From the NCBI GenBank assembly GCA_963777605.1, contig CAVZRV010000010.1, positions 416,001 to 480,000 of the forward strand: DNA of 64,000 nt. The letters run 5' to 3'. Made by a program: the position numbers and the translations under genes. The notes beneath the pieces are model-generated. The model saw only the letters and a list, made by a program, of their open reading frames with translations, did not search any database and was not told the DNA's origin. Positions 1-9,486 of the stretch are shown here, piece after piece (within the stretch, counting starts at the first letter, position 1; the number at the start of each line of letters is the position of its first letter). The DNA is from an uncultured Acidobacteriota bacterium (GTDB taxonomy: Bacteria; Acidobacteriota; UBA6911; RPQK01; JAPXNP01).

Positions 1-156
<156 letters not shown>

Positions 157-304
157 CTCACCCGATACGACGAAATCTGGGACTTGAGCCGGGTCAGAAT
201 GCGTCGAACTGCGGTGCCGTGATGTCCGCAGGGATTTCTTTTGTCGGGGACACCAGGCAGCCGGCGGCGAGACCGCGAAGCCAACTGGAGAAAAAGGAGA
301 GAGC

Positions 305-862
305 ATGCGCATAGCATTCATTGGATTGGGAAACATGGGAGCGCCGATGGCGCAAAACCTCTTAAAAGGCGACCACGAGCTAGTCCTTTACAACCGCACC
401 CGGAGCCGTGCCGAGCAGCTGGAATCATCAGGCGCAAGAGTTGCAGCAACTCCTGCAGAAGCCGTCCAGGGCGCGGAAGTTCTGATCACCATGCTCGCGG
501 ACGATCGTGCGGTTGAGCAGGTTCTTCTTGGTCCCCACAACGCTCTCGATGCTCTGCCAACGGGTGCGGTTCACGTCTCCATGAGCACGATCAGCGTCGA
601 TCTCTCCCGACGGCTGGCAAATGCGCATTCCGGAAAAGGGCAGCACTACGTAGCCGCGCCGGTCATGGGCAGGCCCGATGCCGCCGCCGCGGCGAAACTC
701 TTCATCGTTGCCGCTGGATCGACCGAGCAGATCGAACGCTGCCGGCCGCTGTTCGACGTACTCGGACAGAGAACGTTCATCGCCGGTCACGATGCTCCCG
801 CCGCCAACATTTTCAAACTGGCGGCTGAGTCTGTCATTGGCGTCGAGGGGGAAAAGGTGTAG
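305..862 (+). pseudogene. 3-hydroxyisobutyrate/6-phosphogluconate dehydrogenase-family NAD(P) oxidoreductase, C-terminally truncated
   Basis: MRIAFIGLGNMGAPMA Rossmann start, APVMG motif and ANIFKLA with the catalytic Lys; the ORF then stops at 185 aa, lacking the ~110-aa helical domain, with no room for it before the next gene. Confidence 0.7.
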
Positions 863-875
863 TAGTTTAAATTCG

Positions 876-1700
876 ATGCGAATAAAGACAATTGCCTTGA
901 TGCTGGCTCTCAACTGTTTGACTTGGGCCTTGTTGGGCCAGACCCACGGATTCAAACACCCGACCGCGGATGACTTCGAGGCAGACATCAATCGGTGCCC
1001 CTGCGATAACAAGGATCGCCGCGATGCCGTGGTCGAGCTCTTCAGAAAATTGGGAGCCGCCGAGGGCGAAGTGAAGCTCGTCCCCTTCAAGCGGGGGAAA
1101 AACATCGTCGTCACCCTCCCCGGTAGCGGCGAAGGGATTATCGTTGTCGGAGCCCACTACGACAAGGTCGGCGGCGGTTGCGGGGCAATCGACAACTGGA
1201 CCGGTGTCGTGATCCTGGCTCGTCTCTACGGGAGCTTTCGCCAGATCAACCGGGCCAAGACGTTCGTATTTGCGGGCTTCGCGCTGGAGGAAAAGGGACT
1301 CGAGGGCTCGACGGCGATGGCCAGGACAATTCCAAAGAAAGACCGAAAGTCGTACTGTGCCATGGTGAACCTGGACTGTTTCGGTTTCGCGGTTCCCCAG
1401 ATCCTCTCAAACGTCTCCACACCCTCTCTCGAGAAATTCACGCGCGAGGTGGCGGAAAGGACCCACATCCCGATCCACTCCGGGCGAATCACCACTGCCG
1501 GGGCTGATTCCGAGCCTTTTATGGATCAGGGAATTCCGGCGATCAGTCTGCACGGACTCTCAGAAAGAGGATTTCGGCTAATCAACGACTTCCATGACCA
1601 GCCTGACCAGGTTCGATCGGCCAGCCTTTTTGCCGGCTATGCGCTGGCCTTCAACCTCCTTTCCGCCCTGGACAAGGTCGAGTGTGATTCCCTTCGTTGA
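876..1700 (+). CDS. Secreted M28-family peptidase
   Basis: Signal peptide from ATG 876 (MRIKTIALMLAL...); zinc-ligand motifs GAHYD, GAIDNWTG, FALEE, NLD, FHD. Confidence 0.85.
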   Translation: MRIKTIALMLALNCLTWALLGQTHGFKHPTADDFEADINRCPCDNKDRRDAVVELFRKLGAAEGEVKLVPFKRGKNIVVTLPGSGEGIIVVGAHYDKVGGGCGAIDNWTGVVILARLYGSFRQINRAKTFVFAGFALEEKGLEGSTAMARTIPKKDRKSYCAMVNLDCFGFAVPQILSNVSTPSLEKFTREVAERTHIPIHSGRITTAGADSEPFMDQGIPAISLHGLSERGFRLINDFHDQPDQVRSASLFAGYALAFNLLSALDKVECDSLR

Positions 1701-2004
1701 ACCAATCCGAGGTTGACCGAAAGAAAACAGTTCCCGGCAAAATTGCAGCACTGAAAGTGCGATTCAGTCCCGGTGGCGGACTGTTTCAGAACAAAACGGA
1801 AATCAAGAATCCTGGATTGAGAATGTTCACTTCCGCCGGGCAAGCTGCCCGGCCGCCACAGCAGGCAGGGCTGCCCGGACTACTCTCCCTCCAGGAACGA
1901 GAAACCAGGAACCAGAAACTCATCCGAAATGAAATTGCGGGTCAGCCCCGCCCCCGCGCTCTGCGCGGATCATTCAAGGGATGGAACTTCGCGAGAAAGA
2001 TCCA

Positions 2005-2084
2005 ACCGCGAAGGCGCGAAGAACGCGAAGATTCTCTTTGTTTTCAATACAAAAGAGCCTTGGCGACCTTCGCGCCTTTGCGGT
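2005..2084. repeat. ~80-nt imperfect inverted repeat (REP-like hairpin) between convergent genes
   Basis: ACCGCGAAGGCGCGAAGAACGCGAAG (2005-2030) pairs with CTTGGCGACCTTCGCGCCTTTGCGGT (2059-2084); inner stem CTCTTTGT/ACAAAAGAG. Confidence 0.75.
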
Positions 2085-2116
2085 GAAAATGGAAGCCTCC
2101 ACGATGAAGTTTCAGG

Positions 2117-3352
2117 TTACAGAACCGTCTCCATGACCGGATCGAACTCGATTCTCTTCTCTTCCAGGTAGGCGATGTTCCCAAGATGTGAGGCCTGAGC
2201 CGAGCGATGTCCCACGAGAACGTCTCCGTTGGGACGCTTTCGGGACTTCACGCACTCCAGGAAATTGCCGACATGCAGGCGTGTCATCTGGTCTCCCTGA
2301 TCTCCCGGTCGCTCAACCGCCGGTCCCTCCACGGGCGTGTAGGTGAACCCTCCGCGCGTGATCATCAGCCGTCCTTCGGTCCCGATGAACTCAATGCCAG
2401 CACCCTTAACGCCGGGAGCAAGAGTCGCTTCAAACGTCGCCGTCCACTCGCCCGGATAGCCCAGCAGGACGTGAATCGTGTCCGGCGCCGTTCGCCCATC
2501 CTTGTAGTTGTAAACGCCACCAACCGCAACAGCCGAGGTCGGGAGGTCTTCGTTGAGAAACCACTGGACGACATCGATCCAGTGGGTAAACAGGTCGGTG
2601 ATCTGCCCACCGCCAAAGTCCAGGTAGGCACGCCAGTTCCAGTACTGCTGGACATCCCAGTCCCGCCAGGGCCGGGGTCCGAGAAACATCTTCCAGTTCA
2701 ACCCCTCGGGCTTGGCGGTGAAAGGAGCTTTTCGCAGGTGGTAGCCGTTTCCGTGCCACCATGTCCGGGCGATAGTGATCTTGCCAAGCTTCCCCTGGTC
2801 GATGTACTGCTCTTTGGCCTCGAAATAGTGCGGTCCGCTGCGTTGCTGCATGCCGACCTGCATGACGCGGTCGTTGACGCGTGCCGCTTTGATGATCTCC
2901 TGTCCCTCCGCAATTTCGAAGGTCAGCGGTTTCTCAATGTAAACGTCCTTGCTCGACTGGCAGGCGTCAACTGCGATGGCTTTGTGCCAGTGGTCGGGAG
3001 TCGCGATCAGCACTGCATCGATATCCGGAGTATCCAACAACTTCCGGTACTCCAGGAACGTCTTCGCCTTTCCGCCCGCAATTTGATTTGCTGCCGCCAG
3101 ATGTTCGTCATAGATGTCGCAAAGCGCGACGACCTCTACCTCGGGATAGGAGAGAAAGTGCTTCATGACCGACTGTCCGCGGGCGCCCGGTCCGATGACT
3201 CCCATCCGAACGCGATCATTCGCTCCCAGGATTCGCTGTCTCGATGCCGCCGAAAGCAGGGCACCGCCCAGGGCAGTGGATCTGGCGGTCTGGGTCAGGA
3301 ATTCACGACGGCTCTTTTGTCGGGGCTCTGAGTTGCTGCTGTTCATAGCCAT
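2117..3352 (-). CDS. Tat-exported Gfo/Idh/MocA oxidoreductase
   Basis: SRREFL twin-arginine signal; GVIGPGARG, IATPDHWH and YIEKP motifs. Confidence 0.92.
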   Translation of the reverse strand: MAMNSSNSEPRQKSRREFLTQTARSTALGGALLSAASRQRILGANDRVRMGVIGPGARGQSVMKHFLSYPEVEVVALCDIYDEHLAAANQIAGGKAKTFLEYRKLLDTPDIDAVLIATPDHWHKAIAVDACQSSKDVYIEKPLTFEIAEGQEIIKAARVNDRVMQVGMQQRSGPHYFEAKEQYIDQGKLGKITIARTWWHGNGYHLRKAPFTAKPEGLNWKMFLGPRPWRDWDVQQYWNWRAYLDFGGGQITDLFTHWIDVVQWFLNEDLPTSAVAVGGVYNYKDGRTAPDTIHVLLGYPGEWTATFEATLAPGVKGAGIEFIGTEGRLMITRGGFTYTPVEGPAVERPGDQGDQMTRLHVGNFLECVKSRKRPNGDVLVGHRSAQASHLGNIAYLEEKRIEFDPVMETVL

Positions 3353-3475
3353 TTAGTGTATCCCCGGATATTAGAAAAATCCTCCCCTCTGTCGAGTCTT
3401 CTGTGCGGGACTTCCCCCGTCCTCGCGCTCCTTGCGTTCGAAAAATCCCTCAAGCTGGGATCCAGGCACTCCAAA

Positions 3476-3489
3476 ATGATTTCAATCAA
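3476..3489. promoter_or_regulatory. FNR/DNR-like box upstream of ric
   Basis: ATGAT-TTCA-ATCAA, one mismatch to TTGAT-N4-ATCAA, upstream of a gene family typically induced by NO. Confidence 0.4.
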
Positions 3490-3543
3490 GGGGATCAATC
3501 ACCGCAAAAACGCCAGAGACCCCAAGGTCTGACAAAGGATAGA

Positions 3544-3567
3544 CCGTGATGACTTAAGTCATCGCGG
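3544..3567. promoter_or_regulatory. Palindromic operator (Crp/Fnr HcpR/DNR-like) upstream of ric
   Basis: CCGTGATGACTTAAGTCATCGCGG with perfect 16-bp core GATGACTTAAGTCATC (ATGAC-N4-GTCAT), about 70 nt upstream of the ATG. Confidence 0.55.
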
Positions 3568-3637
3568 ATGTGGAGGCGGCAGCCGATACTGGTCACCAAC
3601 AACATTCGAAATTCACATAGACGCATCGGAGAATCAC

Positions 3638-4357
3638 ATGCACACTTTTGAAGCGACCCAAACTGTCGGTGAAGTAGTAGCCCATCATCCCAACTTGTCT
3701 CGGGTCTTCGAAAACGCCGGGATCGACTACTGTTGCGGCGGCAAGAGGACCATTGCCGATGCCTGCAGCCGCAAGGGGCTCGCTACTGAACATATCCTGG
3801 CCTTGCTTTCCGAATCAGAGTCAGCACAGGCTGACAAAGAGCGCGCTACTCCACCTTCTCAAATGTCGTTGACCGAACTGGCCGACCACATCGAGCAGAC
3901 CCATCATGCGTACCTGCGCTCCGAACTTCCCCGCCTCGACAAGCTGACAAACAAGGTCGCCAAGGTCCACGGCGACCGGGACCCGCGCCTGCAGGAGCTG
4001 CGCGATAACTTCCTGGGTCTGGCCGATGAGCTTTCGTCGCACATGGTGAAAGAAGAACAGATCCTCTTTCCCATGATTCGACAACTCGAGGCCAGTAAGA
4101 CGGCCGTTCGTTTCCACTGCGGATCGCTGGCCAATCCAATCGGGCAGATGGAACATGAGCATGACGGAGCCGCGTCGGCACTTGACCGCCAGCGTACCCT
4201 CACCGACGACTACCAGCCGCCCGAGTGGGCCTGCAATACCTACCGTGCAATGGTTGATGCGCTGGCTCAGCTGGAAAGGGACCTCCACAGCCACATTCAC
4301 AAGGAGAACAACGTGCTGTTTCCCAGGGCATTGAAGATGGAAGCAGGCAAGAGGTGA
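3638..4357 (+). CDS. ric: Iron-sulfur cluster repair di-iron protein (Ric/YtfE/ScdA)
   Basis: GIDYCCGG ScdA_N motif; hemerythrin-like motifs HH, HMVKEE, EH and HIHKENNVLFP. Confidence 0.95.
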   Translation: MHTFEATQTVGEVVAHHPNLSRVFENAGIDYCCGGKRTIADACSRKGLATEHILALLSESESAQADKERATPPSQMSLTELADHIEQTHHAYLRSELPRLDKLTNKVAKVHGDRDPRLQELRDNFLGLADELSSHMVKEEQILFPMIRQLEASKTAVRFHCGSLANPIGQMEHEHDGAASALDRQRTLTDDYQPPEWACNTYRAMVDALAQLERDLHSHIHKENNVLFPRALKMEAGKR

Positions 4358-4371
4358 GGATGACCGCCAAA

Positions 4372-4649
4372 CGGTGACACGCACGAATTAGAATCGTAAC
4401 CACCTACGCACAAAGCGTTTTCTATCAGGTCTGGCACCAAATTTGGGTATCGGACGTGCCGACTCGTCCGAATCAGCCACGGAAGGTCGACCGGAGCCGC
4501 GGCCTGACTGCATCCCGCTACGTCGTTGTGGGAATTCGCCGGGACGGCCTCGGCCCCAACCACTCGAGACCAGAATTAAGTACCAGACCGGGAAGAAAAT
4601 CGTTATCGGACGGCACTTTGCAACTCAAATCGGTGCGTGTCACCGATTT
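4372..4649. repeat. Inverted REP-like doublet
   Basis: CGGTGACACGCAC (4372-4384) is the exact reverse complement of GTGCGTGTCACCG (4633-4645); the right copy sits in a hairpin AAATCGGTG-CGTGT-CACCGATTT (4627-4649). Confidence 0.6.
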
Positions 4650-4687
4650 GCGAGACAACCAAGGGTGGTTATCTTACTATAGTTCGA

Positions 4688-6847
4688 ATGAGATTTAGAG
4701 CTACCGCCCTTTTCCTGCTCAGTACCGTCCTGGCAGTCCCGCTCCTGAGCGCAGCTGATACGCCCCTCTGGCAGGCGGGGATCAGTTTAATTCCCTACCC
4801 CCAGGAGGTCACGCTCGGCGGGGAACCCTTCGTGATCGGGGGCCCGGTATCGATTCTCCTGGACGCCGATGCTTCCGGGGCGGACCAGTTTGCCGCGCAG
4901 GACCTGGCCGAGCGGATCACTTCCGAGTGGGGCGTGCCGGCGCAGGTGGGAGCCGGCGCGGGGAGGACGATTGTCCTGACCCGCAAGGATGCTCCCGAAA
5001 AGGTTGGAGACCAGGGCTACACGCTTACCGTGGCCCCCGAGGGTGTGAAGGTCGCGGCCGATGGACAGGAGGGCCTCTTCAACGCGACGCGAACCATTCT
5101 TCAACTTCCGGTCCGGGACAGTGACGGGCTCCACATTCCCGGCTTGAAGCTGATGGACTGGCCGGACATTCGCTACCGGGCGGCCCACTACGACACCAAG
5201 CACCATCAGGACAAGGCCGAATACGTGCGGGCCTTTATCCGCGACCTGGCCGACTACAAGATCAACATGCTGATCTGGGAGTGGGAGGACAAGTTCGCCT
5301 ACCCGAGCCACCCGGAGATCGGGGCTCCGGGCGCATTCACCATGGCCGAGATGCAGGAGTTCACCCGTTACGCACGGAAGTATCACGTTCAACTCGTCCC
5401 CCTGGTCCAGGGACTCGGACACGTCAGCTTCATCCTGAAGTGGCCGCAGTTCCAGCACCTGCGCGAAATTGCAGCCTCGAACTGGGAGTTCTGTCCTCTC
5501 AAGGACGGTTCGTACGAACTGCTTTTCGACCTCTGGAAAGACGCAATCGAGGCGACTCCCGGATCCGAGTTCATTCACATGGGAACCGATGAAACCTACG
5601 AACTCGGACAGGGGGTTGAGTGCGGCTGCCGGGCGCGGGCGGCAGAGATCGGGCGTCGGGGCCTGATGCTGGAGTTCGTCAACCGAAGTGCCGAGTTCCT
5701 GCAAGGAAAGATGGGCCGCCGGGTCATGACGTGGGGTGGAGAATACATCCCGGGAGCGCCGATTGAACCGGCAAAAGGTTTGATTTACGCCGAGTTTACG
5801 AGCGACCTCGATGAAGCACGGATATCCAGGGACGCCGGTTACCCGGCCTGGGTCTACGATCCAAACCCGGGCATTGAACACCTCTTCCTTCCCTACGCTT
5901 ACCGGATTCGAGGCGGGAACAAGGTCAGCGGCTGCCTGGAAAACTCCTACGAGCAGGTCGCGGCGGCGGCCCGGAGCGGGTTGTACGAGGGCATGGTCAA
6001 CACCTCCTGGGACGACTCGGGGCTGCACAACCAGGTCTGGATGATGAGCTGGGTCAACTCGGCCGAGTACGCCTGGAGTGGAGGGAATCCCTCGCCGGGC
6101 GAGTTCTTTGAGAAGTACTTTGTGAGCTATTACGGAACCCAGGTTCGCGACATGGCGGAACTCTGGCAGATTCTCAATGACGGGGCCTACTTTTACATGG
6201 ACAGCTTCGAGCGAAAGGTCTGGCACTGGGGCGAGATCGGAAAGACCGAATTGCCCGACCTGCCCCGGGGAGACGCAATCGAGTACGATCCGTTCTGGAA
6301 TACCCGCTACCGGGAGATGGTCGATCGATCGCGCGGCATTCCTGCCCTGATGGCCCGCGGCCACGTGATCTGCCGGCTCAACCAGATGGCCGGCGTCAAA
6401 CACGCCTACGATTTCGAGATCTTTGACACTCTCCTCGACCTCATCGACCATACTGCCGGGACCTACCGGGCGCTTTCCCGTCTGGAGCAGGCAGTGGGCC
6501 GGGCGCACAAGGCCCGCTTCGTCAGCCACCAGCAGGCCCTGGACGCTCTCGATGACGCCGCCCGAATCGTCGGAGGAAGCCTGGCCGATCGATCACAGGT
6601 ATTCGACAACCTGGTTGCAGTCTGGGAAAAGACCCGGCTACCAAAGGGGATGTCGACCCCGGTAAAAAGCTACTTCTGGCAGCAGGACAGGGCCCGTCAC
6701 TTCGCGTTTCGCAGGCCCGATATGAGCTACCTGATCTGGGATGAACAGCTGCTGGACCTGGAGGGCTACCTGCAGAAACTCCGCCACTACACCCGCTGGT
6801 ACCGGGAACATTTCGCAGCGGAATTGGAGGCTGACTCAGGACGCTAG
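4688..6847 (+). CDS. Secreted glycoside hydrolase family 20 (hexosaminidase-like)
   Basis: Signal peptide; LIPYPQEV start of the GH20b domain, DWPDIRYR, and the catalytic HMGTDE pair. Confidence 0.85.
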   Translation: MRFRATALFLLSTVLAVPLLSAADTPLWQAGISLIPYPQEVTLGGEPFVIGGPVSILLDADASGADQFAAQDLAERITSEWGVPAQVGAGAGRTIVLTRKDAPEKVGDQGYTLTVAPEGVKVAADGQEGLFNATRTILQLPVRDSDGLHIPGLKLMDWPDIRYRAAHYDTKHHQDKAEYVRAFIRDLADYKINMLIWEWEDKFAYPSHPEIGAPGAFTMAEMQEFTRYARKYHVQLVPLVQGLGHVSFILKWPQFQHLREIAASNWEFCPLKDGSYELLFDLWKDAIEATPGSEFIHMGTDETYELGQGVECGCRARAAEIGRRGLMLEFVNRSAEFLQGKMGRRVMTWGGEYIPGAPIEPAKGLIYAEFTSDLDEARISRDAGYPAWVYDPNPGIEHLFLPYAYRIRGGNKVSGCLENSYEQVAAAARSGLYEGMVNTSWDDSGLHNQVWMMSWVNSAEYAWSGGNPSPGEFFEKYFVSYYGTQVRDMAELWQILNDGAYFYMDSFERKVWHWGEIGKTELPDLPRGDAIEYDPFWNTRYREMVDRSRGIPALMARGHVICRLNQMAGVKHAYDFEIFDTLLDLIDHTAGTYRALSRLEQAVGRAHKARFVSHQQALDALDDAARIVGGSLADRSQVFDNLVAVWEKTRLPKGMSTPVKSYFWQQDRARHFAFRRPDMSYLIWDEQLLDLEGYLQKLRHYTRWYREHFAAELEADSGR

Positions 6848-6901
6848 TGTCCTGAGACGTATGTGGGGCTCTGAAAGTGTCACCGGATGCGTGACAGAGC
6901 A

Positions 6902-9427
6902 CTAGGGATCGATATCCAGCCGGCGTCTCACCTCGCGGGTCTTACGGTTGAACTCCGATTCGAACACAGAGTAGTAGGCGAATACTTCGTAGAAGAGCCG
7001 CGCCGTGTCCCGATCGACAACGTGGAACCGGTTCTGGAGTTCCTCTTCGCTGGGGAACGTGATCTGGCGCCCGACGTGAAAATCAGCCAGAGTCAGCGGC
7101 AGGGAACTGTTCAGCCCGAGAACCCGCTTCAGGGTCAGAACGCCCTTCAGCAGGTCGAGGGGAGTCACCCGGATCCCACCGCCGCTCTCGGATAGAAGAA
7201 TCGACCAGTCCACGAAGTTGCCCTGGGCGTCGGTCCGGTTGGCACCCGCAAGTTGCCGCGCGTAACTCCCGCTGGCCACAGGAACCGTCGACAAACTGGC
7301 CGTCGGCCGAACGAAGGGGTGCTCCTCCGTCCCCTCAGCCTCTGCCTTGAAGCTCAGCAGCAGGCCGTCGTTTGGCGAGATCGTCGCCATGTCCTTGCTG
7401 ATGTAGTGGACCTCGAAGTCGTTGCTGACACCCTCATCCCGGCTGTCTTCGAAAAAGATGATGTGGTCGGTCCGCACGTTCGCTGCATAACCGGTCCTGT
7501 CAATGATCTCCCAAAGCATTCGGCGGACCAGCACCTCCTCTCCAGGGACGTCGCCGCGGTACAACGCAGCGATGTTCTCATCGTGGCGGAGTTCCGGCTG
7601 GGCTTTCACCCGGGCTCTCACCGTCTCGACGAGGTTCTGGTAAACGGAACTTTCGTGGACGAACTTGAGATCGAAGACGTCTTCTCCCCGGAGGCGATAG
7701 GAGTTTCGAAACAGCTGATAACCAAAACTGTCGAACATCCCGGAATCTTTCGGGATCACGTAGCTGAAGGTTCGATCCCGCAGAGGAACAACGTGGGGAG
7801 TCAGCACGACGATAACCTCGCGCTTGAAATTGCGCGTGACGGTTCGGCGGAACAGAACTCCCAGCGCGGGAATATCGGACAGATAGGGAATTCCGCTGAC
7901 TTCCTTGCGGCGCTCCGTCGAAATCAACCCGCCAATGATGAACGGAGAATTGTCCGAGACTCTCACAAACGACTGGACCTGCCGATTGTCCACGACCGGC
8001 GCGAGAAACACGCCCACACCTGCGGCGGTCTCGGAACTCTCCAACTGGTTGACGGCGCTGACGATGGTCTCTGCCTGCATGGTTATTTCACTGCCGTCTT
8101 CACTGACCCGGGGCCGCAGGTTCAATACGATTCCAACCGGGAAGTAATCCACCGAAGAAATGATTCCCGCCTGGGTCGAGGTCGACTTGACCACCGGAAC
8201 CTGTTGGCCGATCTGGATTCGAGCCTGTCTCCCGTCAAGAACGAGCACCGACGGCTTGGAAAGAATCTCTGCTTCGCCGTTGTCGACCAGGGCATTCAGC
8301 GTCATGCTGAAAGCGCCGGCGGCATTCTGATCCGAATCGAAAGTGAAAGTGAAGGGACCCGGCAAACCCGTGTCGGCATCGATCTGGCCGAAATCACCGG
8401 ACACCGAGTTGGAGACTCCCTTGAAAGAGATCCCCAGATCCTTCAACCGGTCGGAATTCAGCTCGATCACCAATGCTTCAATCACGATCTGGCGTGCCGG
8501 GACATCGATCTGGTCCCGAAGCAGATTGAGCAAGTTCTGCAGGGAACCCGTGTCGGTCTTCTCGTAAACCAGCAGAAGTCGCTGCTGAGGTTCCCCTGAG
8601 GTTGAACCGTGCAGGTAAGTTCCCCCGATGTCCGGGACCGCCGAACTGGACGATCCGGGGAAGCCCGAGATGCCGGATTTGCGCTGTTCGGCCAGGGCCG
8701 CCACCAACTCCTTCGACAGCGGAGGAGGGTCGAGCAGGCTCGTCTTGGCCGAGTCGGGGATCTTCACCACGATCGGCAGGGTCCCGGTTCCCTGCTGAAT
8801 TGGAGTGTAGATCTTGTCACTCATAATCTCGGCTTCCTCGTCTCCATATTCGACCGTGGTGTAGCCGAGGACTTTCAGGAGTGCGAGTGCACGATCGGCC
8901 TGGATGTAGCTGAGATGATAGGACTCGTAGGCAAGGTCCTTCATGCCGGGACTTCCCACACTCACTTCCAGAGAATGGGCGAATTCGCTCAGAAGCTGAA
9001 AGGCGGCCCCGACATCCGGGTTGGGTCCCCGCGCGCCGTCCCGGACAGTTTCGCCGAAGACCAGGATCTCGAAACCTCCCTCGGGATAAGGCATGGCCGC
9101 CAGTTCAATGGAAGCAACCGAGCCGTCCGGGTTGGAACGGGTGAAACCGTGAAATGCAACCACGCCCTCGAGGCTGGCGGCACGCCACCTTCGCCCGGTG
9201 TCGTTACTGCTCTCGTAGCCCATCAGAAGCTGCAGCTTGACGGAGACATTTCCCAGCAGCGCCTCGGTCTCCGGTAGAGATCCGAAGGGAGAGCGCAAGA
9301 AATGGGCGGTTTCCTCCGAACCTGTCACTGGGGCCGACTTGCCCCCTTCTGCCTGCTGGCCCAACTCGAAGGACACCAGCGTCAAAGCAAGAATGAGAAC
9401 TGCGAGCGGGTACCTTGCCCGTTTCAT
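6902..9427 (-). CDS. Secretin (GspD/PilQ superfamily) with novel N- and C-terminal extensions
   Basis: Signal peptide, with AGGAG 8 nt before ATG 9427; IDVPARQIVIEALVIE, ILSKPSVLVLDGRQARIQIGQQVP, GIPYLSDIPALGVLF and EVIVVLTPHVV are secretin-core motifs; about 295 extra aa follow the core. Confidence 0.88.
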   Translation of the reverse strand: MKRARYPLAVLILALTLVSFELGQQAEGGKSAPVTGSEETAHFLRSPFGSLPETEALLGNVSVKLQLLMGYESSNDTGRRWRAASLEGVVAFHGFTRSNPDGSVASIELAAMPYPEGGFEILVFGETVRDGARGPNPDVGAAFQLLSEFAHSLEVSVGSPGMKDLAYESYHLSYIQADRALALLKVLGYTTVEYGDEEAEIMSDKIYTPIQQGTGTLPIVVKIPDSAKTSLLDPPPLSKELVAALAEQRKSGISGFPGSSSSAVPDIGGTYLHGSTSGEPQQRLLLVYEKTDTGSLQNLLNLLRDQIDVPARQIVIEALVIELNSDRLKDLGISFKGVSNSVSGDFGQIDADTGLPGPFTFTFDSDQNAAGAFSMTLNALVDNGEAEILSKPSVLVLDGRQARIQIGQQVPVVKSTSTQAGIISSVDYFPVGIVLNLRPRVSEDGSEITMQAETIVSAVNQLESSETAAGVGVFLAPVVDNRQVQSFVRVSDNSPFIIGGLISTERRKEVSGIPYLSDIPALGVLFRRTVTRNFKREVIVVLTPHVVPLRDRTFSYVIPKDSGMFDSFGYQLFRNSYRLRGEDVFDLKFVHESSVYQNLVETVRARVKAQPELRHDENIAALYRGDVPGEEVLVRRMLWEIIDRTGYAANVRTDHIIFFEDSRDEGVSNDFEVHYISKDMATISPNDGLLLSFKAEAEGTEEHPFVRPTASLSTVPVASGSYARQLAGANRTDAQGNFVDWSILLSESGGGIRVTPLDLLKGVLTLKRVLGLNSSLPLTLADFHVGRQITFPSEEELQNRFHVVDRDTARLFYEVFAYYSVFESEFNRKTREVRRRLDIDP

Positions 9428-9486
9428 GAAGCACACTCCTTGTCGCCACCCTTATACGGAGAGCCTCTGACGCACTGGACGGGAGG

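Noticed and set aside
678-875. Upstream extensions in the ORF track (678, 4637, 22526, 32415, 34750, 52920, 59135)
   Set aside because: Downstream ATGs give proper signal peptides or RBSs and avoid overlap with neighbouring genes.
1697-2086. 129-aa ORF downstream of the M28 peptidase
   Set aside because: Runs through the repeat mosaic, with atypical composition and no recognisable family.
4787-6529. Long antisense ORFs (also 2207-3331, 7253-8599, 33366-34487, 37596-38750, 40993-41997, 53078-54070, 59158-60138)
   Set aside because: They mirror well-supported genes, lack recognisable motifs and are expected shadows of high-GC3 codon usage.
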